A stretch of 56,351 nucleotides of DNA from a virus. Taxonomy: Duplodnaviria > Caudoviricetes. Position 1 is the first letter of the stretch. Each line of letters begins with the position of its first letter. A program made the position numbers and the translations under genes. Below are positions 43,907-52,749 of the stretch, piece after piece. The notes under the pieces were generated by a model. The model did not search any database. It saw only the letters and a list, made by a program, of their open reading frames with translations, and was not told the origin of the DNA. The stretch lies in the IMG/VR virus record IMGVR_UViG_3300044568_000721, positions 1 through 56,351 of that record; one strand, 5' to 3'.

Positions 43907-46273
43907 ATGGCAGAAAGAATCGTATCACCGGGAGTTTTCACAAGAGAAAATGACCTTTCATTCTTAGCACAAGGTGTAGGAGAAATCGGAGCAGCATTTA
44001 TAGGACCTTTTAAGCAAGGACCTGCATTCGTACCTACAATTGTGAGAACCCAATCAGAGTTCGAAGATATCTTCGGTACTCCTGATGGAACTTATTATAC
44101 TGAATATGCAGTACAAAACTATTTAAGAGAAGCTGGACAAGCAACAATCGTAAGAGTTGCTGGTATTGGTGGATATCAACAATTAGCACCTTTAGGTATC
44201 TTAGCATCTGGTTCTACTAATGGAGTAGGACAAAAATTTGTTGGGGTACTTTATTCAACTAATTTTGGTGATGAAAAAGTAGGTTTTACAAATGCATCAA
44301 CTAATATCACAAGTAGTGCAGAAGGCGAGGGTAGTTTCGTAATTTCTGGACTAATTAGTTCAGGTTCTGGCGCAGCTAACATATCAGCATCTATATTAAG
44401 TACAGCTACTAATGATTTAGCAGACGTATTTGGTGAATCTGCATTTGGTGCTAAAGCAGCATACGCTTATAATTTCTTTGAAAACGTTGCATTATCCTAC
44501 ACTGGTTCTGGTGCTAATGGTACTAATAAAACTGTAATTAGTGAGGTAACATTACCAACTCAAACTTATGGTGATGCACAAGAAGCTGAAACTCCAATTG
44601 TTCAATCTCAATTAATTAGTGGTGAAAGATATAACCTATTCCAATTTAAAACTATTGGACATGGTACATTATACAATACTAAATTTAAAGTTGGTATTTC
44701 TAATGTAAAAGCAGCTGGTGAAGATGGTTCGACTGATTATTCAACATTTACTGTAACAATTCGTTCATATAGTGATACTGATAAGAGAAAGAGTGTTGTT
44801 GAAACATTTAACAATGTAAACTTAGACCCTGCTTCTCCAAACTATATTGCTAGAAGAATTGGTGATAGATATTTCACAATTGATTCTAATGGTAAAATTA
44901 CTGAATATGGTGATTATACATCAAAATCAAAATATGTAAGAGTAGTAGTTCAGGATGCAAACGCTAATATTTTAGGACCTGGTTCTTATCCAATATCAGC
45001 AGCACCATTTGGACATGAAGCATATACAAATCCAATCAAAACAAATTCTACAACAGAAGATGGATGGGTGCCTGCAGTAACTTATCAAACTGGTTCAGCA
45101 AATAACACATCATCATCTCCAATTTATTATAGTGGATTTGATTTTGAAACATCTGGTGTATCAATGGATAATAAACAATATTTGAAACCAATTCCTGTTG
45201 GAGCTAAATCTGGAGCAAACGTAGCATTCGCATTTGATTCTCAATTGAATTATGTAATGACTGGTTCAGCATCAACTGATATGGTTAAGAGACAATTTGT
45301 ATTAGGATTCCAATTTGGATTTGATGGTACTAACCCAACTGTAAAGATAGCTAAGGCTGGCGATACTGATTGGGGTAATGCAAATCAGCAAGGTTTTAAT
45401 TGCGCAACTTCAACATCATCTGGTTCAGTAGCATATACAAAAGCAATCAACGCTGTATCTAATCCTGATGAGTATGATATCAATATGGTAGTAACTCCTG
45501 GTATTGTAAGACAATTACATCCGGCTATTACTTCTAAAGTAATTGATATGGTTGAAGAAAGACAAGATTGTTTCTACATCGCTGATTTCAACGATTACGA
45601 TGATACAATTACTGAAGCAACTGAGCAAGCAAATTCAGTAGATTCAAACTATGTAGCAACTTACTATCCTTGGGTTAAAACAATCGATAGTAACACAAAT
45701 AAATTAACTTCAGTTCCACCATCAGTATTGATGCCGGCTGTATTCGCTTCTAATGATAGATTAGCAGCTGAATGGTTCGCACCTGCTGGTTTGAATAGAG
45801 GTGGTATCACTGGAGCAGTTAGTGTATTAAATAGATTAACGCACGCTGAAAGAGATACTCTTTATGAGAACAAAGTAAACCCAATCGCAGCATTCCCTGG
45901 ACAAGGTATTGTAGCATTCGGACAGAAGACATTGCAAGATAAGGCATCTGCTTTAGATAGAATCAATGTTAGAAGATTACTTATCACTCTTAAGAAGTTT
46001 ATCGCTTCAACATCTCGTTTCTTAGTGTTCGAACAAAATACATCTACGACTAGAAATAGATTCTTAAATACTGTTAATCCTTATTTAGAGTCTGTACAAC
46101 AAAGACAAGGTCTTTATACATTCAAAGTTGTAATGGATGAAACTAACAACACACCGGATGTGATTGATAGAAACATATTAGCAGGACAAATTTTCTTACA
46201 ACCGGCTAAGACAGCGGAATTTATCGTAATAGATTTCAACATCTTACCAACTGGAGCAAGTTTCACAGCATAA
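43907..46273 (+). CDS. Tail sheath protein (T4 gp18-like)
   Basis: 788 aa; SPGVFTRENDLS, WFAPAGLNRG, RDTLYENKVNPI, GQKTLQ...SALDRINVRRL, QPAKTAEFI. Confidence 0.95.
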   Translation: MAERIVSPGVFTRENDLSFLAQGVGEIGAAFIGPFKQGPAFVPTIVRTQSEFEDIFGTPDGTYYTEYAVQNYLREAGQATIVRVAGIGGYQQLAPLGILASGSTNGVGQKFVGVLYSTNFGDEKVGFTNASTNITSSAEGEGSFVISGLISSGSGAANISASILSTATNDLADVFGESAFGAKAAYAYNFFENVALSYTGSGANGTNKTVISEVTLPTQTYGDAQEAETPIVQSQLISGERYNLFQFKTIGHGTLYNTKFKVGISNVKAAGEDGSTDYSTFTVTIRSYSDTDKRKSVVETFNNVNLDPASPNYIARRIGDRYFTIDSNGKITEYGDYTSKSKYVRVVVQDANANILGPGSYPISAAPFGHEAYTNPIKTNSTTEDGWVPAVTYQTGSANNTSSSPIYYSGFDFETSGVSMDNKQYLKPIPVGAKSGANVAFAFDSQLNYVMTGSASTDMVKRQFVLGFQFGFDGTNPTVKIAKAGDTDWGNANQQGFNCATSTSSGSVAYTKAINAVSNPDEYDINMVVTPGIVRQLHPAITSKVIDMVEERQDCFYIADFNDYDDTITEATEQANSVDSNYVATYYPWVKTIDSNTNKLTSVPPSVLMPAVFASNDRLAAEWFAPAGLNRGGITGAVSVLNRLTHAERDTLYENKVNPIAAFPGQGIVAFGQKTLQDKASALDRINVRRLLITLKKFIASTSRFLVFEQNTSTTRNRFLNTVNPYLESVQQRQGLYTFKVVMDETNNTPDVIDRNILAGQIFLQPAKTAEFIVIDFNILPTGASFTA

Positions 46274-46324
46274 TACGAAAATAAAGGAATTAGATATTTA
46301 TTAATATAATAAAAAGGAATAAAA

Positions 46325-46813
46325 ATGGCAGAAATATTAGAGTTTGATAAGATGTTCTATACGAACTTCGAACCGAAGATGAAAAATAGATATGTGATGG
46401 AGATTGAAAACATCCCTTCATATCTTGTAAAGGCAGCAAATAGACCCACAATTCAATTTGAAACAATTACTTTAGACCATATCAACGTAAAGAGAAAGTT
46501 AAAAGGTAAAGGTGAGTGGCAAGATGTAAGTATCACTTTGTATGACCCAATTGTACCTTCGGCAGCACAAGCGGTAATGGATTGGGTTCGTTTAGGACAT
46601 GAATCAATTACTGGTAGAGATGGATACGCTGATTTCTATAAAAAAGATATCACTTTCTATATGTTGGGACCTGTTGGTGATAAGATTGAACAATGGACTT
46701 TAAAAGGTGCATTTATTTCTCAGGCTAACTTTGGTGATTTATCGTTTGATTCTAATGAACCTGCAACAATAGAATTAACATTAGCTTACGATTACGCAAT
46801 CTTAGAATTCTAA
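46325..46813 (+). CDS. Tail tube protein (T4 gp19-like)
   Basis: 162 aa directly after the sheath gene; FEPK..NRY, W..VSITLYDPI, EQWTLKGAF...FGDL...IELTLAYD. Confidence 0.9.
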   Translation: MAEILEFDKMFYTNFEPKMKNRYVMEIENIPSYLVKAANRPTIQFETITLDHINVKRKLKGKGEWQDVSITLYDPIVPSAAQAVMDWVRLGHESITGRDGYADFYKKDITFYMLGPVGDKIEQWTLKGAFISQANFGDLSFDSNEPATIELTLAYDYAILEF

Positions 46814-46831
46814 TCAAAAGTATATAAAATT

Positions 46832-46860
46832 AAGGGGATATCAAAAGTATCCCCTTTTTT
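46832..46860 (+). terminator. Rho-independent terminator after the tail tube gene
   Basis: AAGGGGATA(T)-CAAAA-(G)TATCCCCTT stem followed by a T run. Confidence 0.85.
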
Positions 46861-46887
46861 GTGCTTTCTAATTTTTTAAAAAGTATG

Positions 46888-46895
46888 TATTTATA
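46888..46895 (+). promoter_or_regulatory. TATTTATA motif
   Basis: Lies between the terminator and ATG 46923. Confidence 0.55.
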
Positions 46896-46922
46896 TATAC
46901 AAACTTAAAACAAAGTAAAGTT

Positions 46923-47687
46923 ATGAACGAAAGAGAATATGATTTTCCAACCGAAGTGTTGGATTTACCATCTCAAGGTAAATTGTATCCAAAGGATAAT
47001 CCGTTATCATCTGGTAGAATCACAATTAAATGTATGACTGCAAAGGAAGAAGATATCCTTTCCAATCAAAATCTTATTAAAAAAGGTGTTGTTTTGGATA
47101 AATTGTTTGAATCAATTATAGTTGATAATGGTGTAAATTCAAAAGATATTTTAATTGGTGATAAAAACGCAATTTTATTAGCAACTAGATTATTAGGATA
47201 TGGTCCTGATTATAATTTTAAATTTTATTCAAATGTTACTGGCGATGTAATATCAACAACTATTGATTTGGCAAAAATCCAAACAAAAGAAGTAGATATG
47301 TCAGTATTCAATAATAAAAACGAATTTGATTATACAACACCATTTGGTAAAACAAAATTAACATTCAAATTATTAACTCATGGTGACGAAATTGCTATTG
47401 AGAAAGATATTGAAGGAATGCAAAAAATAAATAAAGAGTTTTCTGGTGAAATTACTACTAGATTACGTTATATGATTAAAAGTGTAGAAGGTGATACATC
47501 TTTAGGTGCAATTACAAAGTATTTAAATAATATGTTAGCTAGAGATAGTAAAGCATTCAGAGAATATGTTAAAACTATATCTCCTGATGTTGATATGTCA
47601 TTTACATATACCCACAGAGATGGAGAAAAGGAGGTAAGTCCGATTCCAATGGGCGTAGGGTTTTTTTGGCCTAGCTCAGAATCATAG
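46923..47687 (+). CDS. Tail/baseplate-hub assembly chaperone (T4 gp26-like)
   Basis: 254 aa; LPSQGKLY...MTAKEEDIL...GDKNAIL..R..GYG, ending GFFWP; lies between the tube and tape measure genes. Confidence 0.65.
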   Translation: MNEREYDFPTEVLDLPSQGKLYPKDNPLSSGRITIKCMTAKEEDILSNQNLIKKGVVLDKLFESIIVDNGVNSKDILIGDKNAILLATRLLGYGPDYNFKFYSNVTGDVISTTIDLAKIQTKEVDMSVFNNKNEFDYTTPFGKTKLTFKLLTHGDEIAIEKDIEGMQKINKEFSGEITTRLRYMIKSVEGDTSLGAITKYLNNMLARDSKAFREYVKTISPDVDMSFTYTHRDGEKEVSPIPMGVGFFWPSSES

Positions 47688-47694
47688 TGTTCAA

Positions 47695-47886
47695 ATGCAT
47701 TCGCAGATATTTGATATGGTAAATTATGGAAACGGATTTACTATGATGGAAATCTATAAAATGCCAACATATCTTCGAAACTTCTACTATAATAAATTGG
47801 TTGATTCAAAAACCAAAGAAAACGAACAAATACAAGCAGCCAATACAAAGGCTGGGAAATCATCCAAAGTTAGGATTAAACGGTAA
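47695..47886 (+). CDS. Second chaperone ORF (T4 gp51-like), probably the frameshifted extension of the upstream gene
   Basis: 63 aa; IFDMV..GNGFT..EIYKMP.YLR.FY; the frame is open back to 47659. Confidence 0.55.
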   Translation: MHSQIFDMVNYGNGFTMMEIYKMPTYLRNFYYNKLVDSKTKENEQIQAANTKAGKSSKVRIKR

Positions 47887-47910
47887 TTTACTGGGTAATC
47901 CTAACTTTTT
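47866..47910 (+). terminator. Long hairpin / terminator over the stop of the second chaperone ORF
   Basis: Perfect 13-bp inverted repeat AAAGTTAGGATTA (47866-78) / TAATCCTAACTTT (47896-908), followed by T-rich sequence. Confidence 0.7.
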
Positions 47911-47920
47911 GTTTTATACG

Positions 47921-47929
47921 ATATTTATA
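47921..47929 (+). promoter_or_regulatory. ATATTTATA motif
   Basis: 21 nt before ATG 47951, right after the hairpin. Confidence 0.6.
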
Positions 47930-47950
47930 GTAGTATAAACCCAATATTCA

Positions 47951-48187
47951 ATGAAAAAATATAAAATATCTAAATCAAATCTAAAAGAGCTGTTTGGATG
48001 GTTCGGTAAAAAGAATGTGCCAAATAAATTACAAACTATAATAGATAATGACCCGGTTTTACAACAATTGAAAGCAGATGTTAATAAAATAAACAACAAA
48101 TACGCTGATGATATTGAAAAAATGAAAAAAGAAGAACCTGAATATTATAATATGTTAGTTAAAGCTGGCATTTTGGGTAAAGATTAA
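47951..48187 (+). CDS. Hypothetical small helical protein
   Basis: 78 aa, Lys-rich; follows the promoter-like motif and precedes the tape measure gene. Confidence 0.55.
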   Translation: MKKYKISKSNLKELFGWFGKKNVPNKLQTIIDNDPVLQQLKADVNKINNKYADDIEKMKKEEPEYYNMLVKAGILGKD

Positions 48188-48197
48188 TTAATAAGTA

Positions 48198-50570
48198 ATG
48201 GCATTATCCAACGAACAATTACAACAAAGGGCTGACCTATTAGAAGAAATTGCTGAAATTGAAGCTAGGTTAGCTGTTACCAATGAAGCATTGGCAACGG
48301 CAACTGGTGCGCAACGAAGACAATTAGAACAAATAAGAGATTCCGAAAAGGAAACACTTGGATACAGAAGAGCTTCAGTAGCTCCATTAAATGAGCAAGT
48401 TGCTGCAGAAGAGAGAGCAGAAAGAGCAGCTAGAGAAAGAGCAAAAGCTTATAGAGATTCTGCGAAATCAATGGCTAGATTGGCGCCTGATGTAAAAAAG
48501 ATGCTAAAAGATTCTGTTACTGGTAATAGTTTAGTTGCTGCATCTAGTAGAAAGATAGTAGAATTAAAAGCACAAGAATTAAGTTTAAGTGATGATGAAT
48601 TAGAGGCAGCTCAAGAAAAAAGAGCAATTTTAGAAAATTTACAATCATCATTAATAACTCAAGCAAAAGCAACTGCATCTGCTGAAAGAAGTGCTAAAGG
48701 AATGACAGATTCTGCGCAAAGAAGATTAGAATTTCAAACATCAATAACGGATTTAAGTGAAGATGAAAGAAAAATTGCTGAGGACTTATTTGAACAAAAT
48801 GAACTATTAATTAAGCAAGAGGCTAGACTAAATGAATTAAAGGAAGCTCAAGATGGAATAATTGGTGCACTACCGGCTGGATTGCAAAGTATCATTGGGG
48901 TAGCTAAAAAGTTAAAGATGGCTTTAGCGGCTGGTTTCGGCCCTATATTTATAATAGGAGCTATATTGGCATTGGCAATTAAATCATTCGTTGATTTGGA
49001 TGATGCAGCTGCAGATTTTAGAAAAGAAACTGGATTATTAAATTCGCAAATGGAGGGAATAAAATCCCAAGCAGTACAAATCAGTACGGAGTTTGCAAAT
49101 ATTGGATTAGAAAGTGCAGATGTCTTAAAAACCATATCATCTTTAAAAAGTGAATTTAGTGATTCGGTTGAGTTTTCAAAAGAAACAGTAGCTGCACTAA
49201 GTGTAATGAATAAAAACTTTGGAATAGCAGCTGAATCATCAGCTAAAGTACAAGGTATATTTGAAAGTGTTGGTGGGTTGAGTGCAGAAACAGCAGCTAA
49301 TGTTCAAATGCAGGCAGCTAATATGGCTAAATTAGCCGGAGTAGCTCCCGATAAAGTATTTAAAGATATTGCAGAAAATGCAGAAGCAGCATCAACGTTT
49401 TTTAAAGGAGATTTAAGTGCATTAACAAAGAATGCAGTTCAAGCCCGTAGAATGGGTACTTCTTTAAAAGAGCAAGTATCATTAGCAGAAAAATTATTAG
49501 ATTTTGAAAGTGGTATAGAAGAAGAATTAGTAGCAGCAACTTTTGTTGGTGGACAATTTAATTTGAGTAGAGCTAGAGCATTAGCAATGGAAGGTAAACT
49601 TCAAGAAGCAAATGAAGAAACTCTTTCTCAAATTCAAAGAAGTGGTGATTTCCGAAAGAAAGATTACTTCACCCAACAGCAATTAGCCAAAGCAGCTGGA
49701 ATGACCGTTGAAGAAATTAATAAACAACTTAGTACTCAAGATAAATTAAATAGTCTATCAGCAGAACAAAAGAAAGCTGCCGAAGATGCGATTAGTAAGG
49801 GATTGGATATAACAAACATTGGGGCAGACCAATTAGCACAAGAAACTGATAAATTTGCTAAACAACAAGAACAGCAAAAGCAAGTTGAAAAAATAACAAA
49901 CGCGTTTATGGGTATGGCAACTGTGATAGGAAATACATTGATGCCTTTAATTGAAGGTATTGGTATTGCATTGATGCCAATTCAAATGATAGTTGAATTA
50001 ATACAATATGTATTTGGTGGTATTGGTGACTCTATTAGTAACATGATAGGTCCTTTGGGAACTGTTGGTAAAGTTTTAAAGGGACTTGCTGGTTTGGCAG
50101 TTGTTTACGCAGCTTATAGCGCATTCCAAGGAATTATGGCAATGAGTTTGGGATTTGGATTACCATTAGCAATAGCAGCTTCGGCAGCAATATTATCGGC
50201 AGGATTTGCTACATTATCAAAAGTTGGTGATATGAATTCACCGGCAGATGGCAAAACTCAAGTATCTACAAAAGAAGGTGGATTATTTCAATTATCTCCA
50301 AACGATGATATAGTTGCTGGGCCTGGTATATCAAATGCTTTAGCAAACGGAGGAACTCAACAAACGGGAACAACTCAACAATCGGCAACACCTCAAATGA
50401 ATTTAGCAATTTTATCTGCACCATTAAATGCTATGATAGCTGAAATAAAAGGATTAAGAGCAGATATGGCTGCCGGTAAAATATCGGTACATATGGATGG
50501 AGCAAAAGTTACAGCAGGAGTATCAAATCAGGTTAATAAGAGTACACGAAATAACTTTGCAATAGCATAA
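48198..50570 (+). CDS. Tail tape measure protein
   Basis: 790 aa; Ala/Glu/Lys-rich helical with hydrophobic Gly-rich segments; LLDFESGIEEEL...NLSRAR.LA; position after the chaperones. Confidence 0.85.
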   Translation: MALSNEQLQQRADLLEEIAEIEARLAVTNEALATATGAQRRQLEQIRDSEKETLGYRRASVAPLNEQVAAEERAERAARERAKAYRDSAKSMARLAPDVKKMLKDSVTGNSLVAASSRKIVELKAQELSLSDDELEAAQEKRAILENLQSSLITQAKATASAERSAKGMTDSAQRRLEFQTSITDLSEDERKIAEDLFEQNELLIKQEARLNELKEAQDGIIGALPAGLQSIIGVAKKLKMALAAGFGPIFIIGAILALAIKSFVDLDDAAADFRKETGLLNSQMEGIKSQAVQISTEFANIGLESADVLKTISSLKSEFSDSVEFSKETVAALSVMNKNFGIAAESSAKVQGIFESVGGLSAETAANVQMQAANMAKLAGVAPDKVFKDIAENAEAASTFFKGDLSALTKNAVQARRMGTSLKEQVSLAEKLLDFESGIEEELVAATFVGGQFNLSRARALAMEGKLQEANEETLSQIQRSGDFRKKDYFTQQQLAKAAGMTVEEINKQLSTQDKLNSLSAEQKKAAEDAISKGLDITNIGADQLAQETDKFAKQQEQQKQVEKITNAFMGMATVIGNTLMPLIEGIGIALMPIQMIVELIQYVFGGIGDSISNMIGPLGTVGKVLKGLAGLAVVYAAYSAFQGIMAMSLGFGLPLAIAASAAILSAGFATLSKVGDMNSPADGKTQVSTKEGGLFQLSPNDDIVAGPGISNALANGGTQQTGTTQQSATPQMNLAILSAPLNAMIAEIKGLRADMAAGKISVHMDGAKVTAGVSNQVNKSTRNNFAIA

Positions 50571-50581
50571 AATATAAGTAA

Positions 50582-52411
50582 ATGCCAACGATAGAAGAAT
50601 TATTTAAAAGTAAAAAATTAGTTAGTGGGCAAACTGCTGAACAACAATATGATATTCGTAATACTGCTGATTTGCGAAGAAATCCATATAATGTTTTAAT
50701 GACACCATCTTTTAGAATTGCTGAAATTGGTAGAAGAAATTTATCACTTCGAACAAGAGAAAGAAGATTAGAAGAAGAAGTAACTGGATTACGCATATTA
50801 TCAAAAACAACAAGTCCTATTTTATATGGAACTGATATAATCAAATTCACTACAAAGACTAGAGGTATTGTAGATGATATGAAAGGTGGTGCTGGTGGTG
50901 TTACTAATGGTGGTATATTAGGTACATTTTTAAATAAAGCAGAGAATTTAGGAAAAAATGTATTATCAAAACTAGGTATTAAATTACCTGAACAACTTAT
51001 ACCAAGTAGAATTGTATTAGATAAAGATTTTACAAGAGAAGGTGGTGAATATAACACCATGATTACTCTAAGAAATTTAAAATTACAATCTGGTGGTAAT
51101 TTACTTGGTAATCTTATTAAAAATAATTTATCAGGAAGACCAAATCCAAACCAAATACTTGGTTCAGCTTTAGAATTAGGTAAAAAGAAATTAAACAATT
51201 TATTATTAGGTTCTCCATCTCAAGCAGCAGTTAATTTTGCAAAAGCCGGTGGTGTTCTATATGATAGTCTAGCTCCATATGGTAAAGTAATGACTGATAC
51301 CACAATCGGTTTATTATCAAAATATACGGAATATGAAGTAGATATATTTAATACACCATTACCAATAACAAATTATATAGCAGTACCAAATGTAATAAAA
51401 ACACCAAAAACAAAATTTAGTAGAAATGAAATACAACGTAATAATAGTATTGAAAGAGTTAGAGCGATGTTTACAACATCAGATTACTTAAATAAACAGG
51501 TTTCATATCCATCAGCAACTGGGTTAAAAAATGATTTAATCAAAGATACGGAAAAGCAATTAGATGATTATGATTTTGTAACTTTAAAATTTTGGTCTGT
51601 GCATAAAAAGGCAGCAGTAAACTTTAGAGCAACTATAAGTGGATTAAGTGAAACATTATCACCTAGTTGGGATACTAATAAATTTATTGGAAATCCATTT
51701 AATTTTTATACATATAATGGTGTTGAACGAAGTATAACTTTTAATTTTAAAGTATATTCCTTATCATATGATGAACATGTAGCAGCTTGGCAAAGATTAA
51801 ATTTTTTAACAAGTCTTACTTATCCACAAGGGTATTCACAAAACTCAGTATATGCACCTTTTATTAAATTTACATTAGGAGATATGTTTAGAAATAAAGA
51901 AGCATATATAGATTCATTAACATATACAATTGATGATAATTCACCTTGGGATATTGGTCTTGATACTGAAACTAAAAATTGGAAATTGCCAAAAATTGTA
52001 AATGTTGATATTACGCTTAAATTAGTAGAAACAATTGGAAGTACATATCAAAAAAGATTATATGGATATGGTGATGTTCCTGCTAATGTTTCAATTAAGC
52101 AAGATAGTAACAAAGAATTAAATGCGGATGGTTCTCCTAAAAAGAAAGAAGATGGCACTCAGACTGATGTAAAACAGGATTCAAATACAAAAAATCCATC
52201 CGAAGAAAAACCAAAAGAAAAAATAGGTCCACATGGTATATTTGTAGAAAAATACAAAGATTTCAATATATACAAAAAATCAAAACCACCAAATTTTGTA
52301 TATATTACAAGAGATGGAGAGCAACCACTTCATGCAGGACCCGAAGGTAGGGCAGAGATAGAGTTACTTAACTTTGAAAGAAGATGGATTGATAATTTTA
52401 TTGGAAAATAA
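50582..52411 (+). CDS. Baseplate / tail-tube-initiator-like protein
   Basis: 609 aa; FRATISGLSETLSPSW...Y.YNGVERSITFNFKV...P..KFTLGD...YIDSL; follows the tape measure gene. Confidence 0.6.
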   Translation: MPTIEELFKSKKLVSGQTAEQQYDIRNTADLRRNPYNVLMTPSFRIAEIGRRNLSLRTRERRLEEEVTGLRILSKTTSPILYGTDIIKFTTKTRGIVDDMKGGAGGVTNGGILGTFLNKAENLGKNVLSKLGIKLPEQLIPSRIVLDKDFTREGGEYNTMITLRNLKLQSGGNLLGNLIKNNLSGRPNPNQILGSALELGKKKLNNLLLGSPSQAAVNFAKAGGVLYDSLAPYGKVMTDTTIGLLSKYTEYEVDIFNTPLPITNYIAVPNVIKTPKTKFSRNEIQRNNSIERVRAMFTTSDYLNKQVSYPSATGLKNDLIKDTEKQLDDYDFVTLKFWSVHKKAAVNFRATISGLSETLSPSWDTNKFIGNPFNFYTYNGVERSITFNFKVYSLSYDEHVAAWQRLNFLTSLTYPQGYSQNSVYAPFIKFTLGDMFRNKEAYIDSLTYTIDDNSPWDIGLDTETKNWKLPKIVNVDITLKLVETIGSTYQKRLYGYGDVPANVSIKQDSNKELNADGSPKKKEDGTQTDVKQDSNTKNPSEEKPKEKIGPHGIFVEKYKDFNIYKKSKPPNFVYITRDGEQPLHAGPEGRAEIELLNFERRWIDNFIGK

Positions 52412-52446
52412 ACCAATCTAAAAGATATAACAATTGTAAATAAAAT

Positions 52447-52737
52447 ATGCAAAGTAGATACAAAAATAGTAGATTCAAAAAAACAATAGATGGTAGGGAA
52501 GTACTACAATCTAAAATATATCCTAATATCGCAAAAACGGATGATGATATATATGTTGCAACTGAAACTGGTGATAGATTTGATACATTAGCATATCAAT
52601 TTTATAACGATTCTACTTTATGGTGGATAATTGCTTGTGCTAATAATATTCATAATGCAAATATTGGAATAAAGGAAGGAACGATTTTAAGAATACCACA
52701 AAATTACATTGATATTTTGCGTGATTTTGAACAATAA
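52447..52737 (+). CDS. LysM-like baseplate wedge protein (gp53 / tail-X-like)
   Basis: 96 aa; GDRFDTLAYQFYNDSTLWWIIACAN...GTILRIP. Confidence 0.85.
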   Translation: MQSRYKNSRFKKTIDGREVLQSKIYPNIAKTDDDIYVATETGDRFDTLAYQFYNDSTLWWIIACANNIHNANIGIKEGTILRIPQNYIDILRDFEQ

Positions 52738-52749
52738 TAATTTACATAT

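Noticed and set aside
50533-51198. 221-aa minus-strand ORF and other short antisense ORFs (for example 3564-4007, 23765-24208, 54113-54424)
   Set aside because: They lie opposite well-supported + strand genes and have no recognisable motifs.
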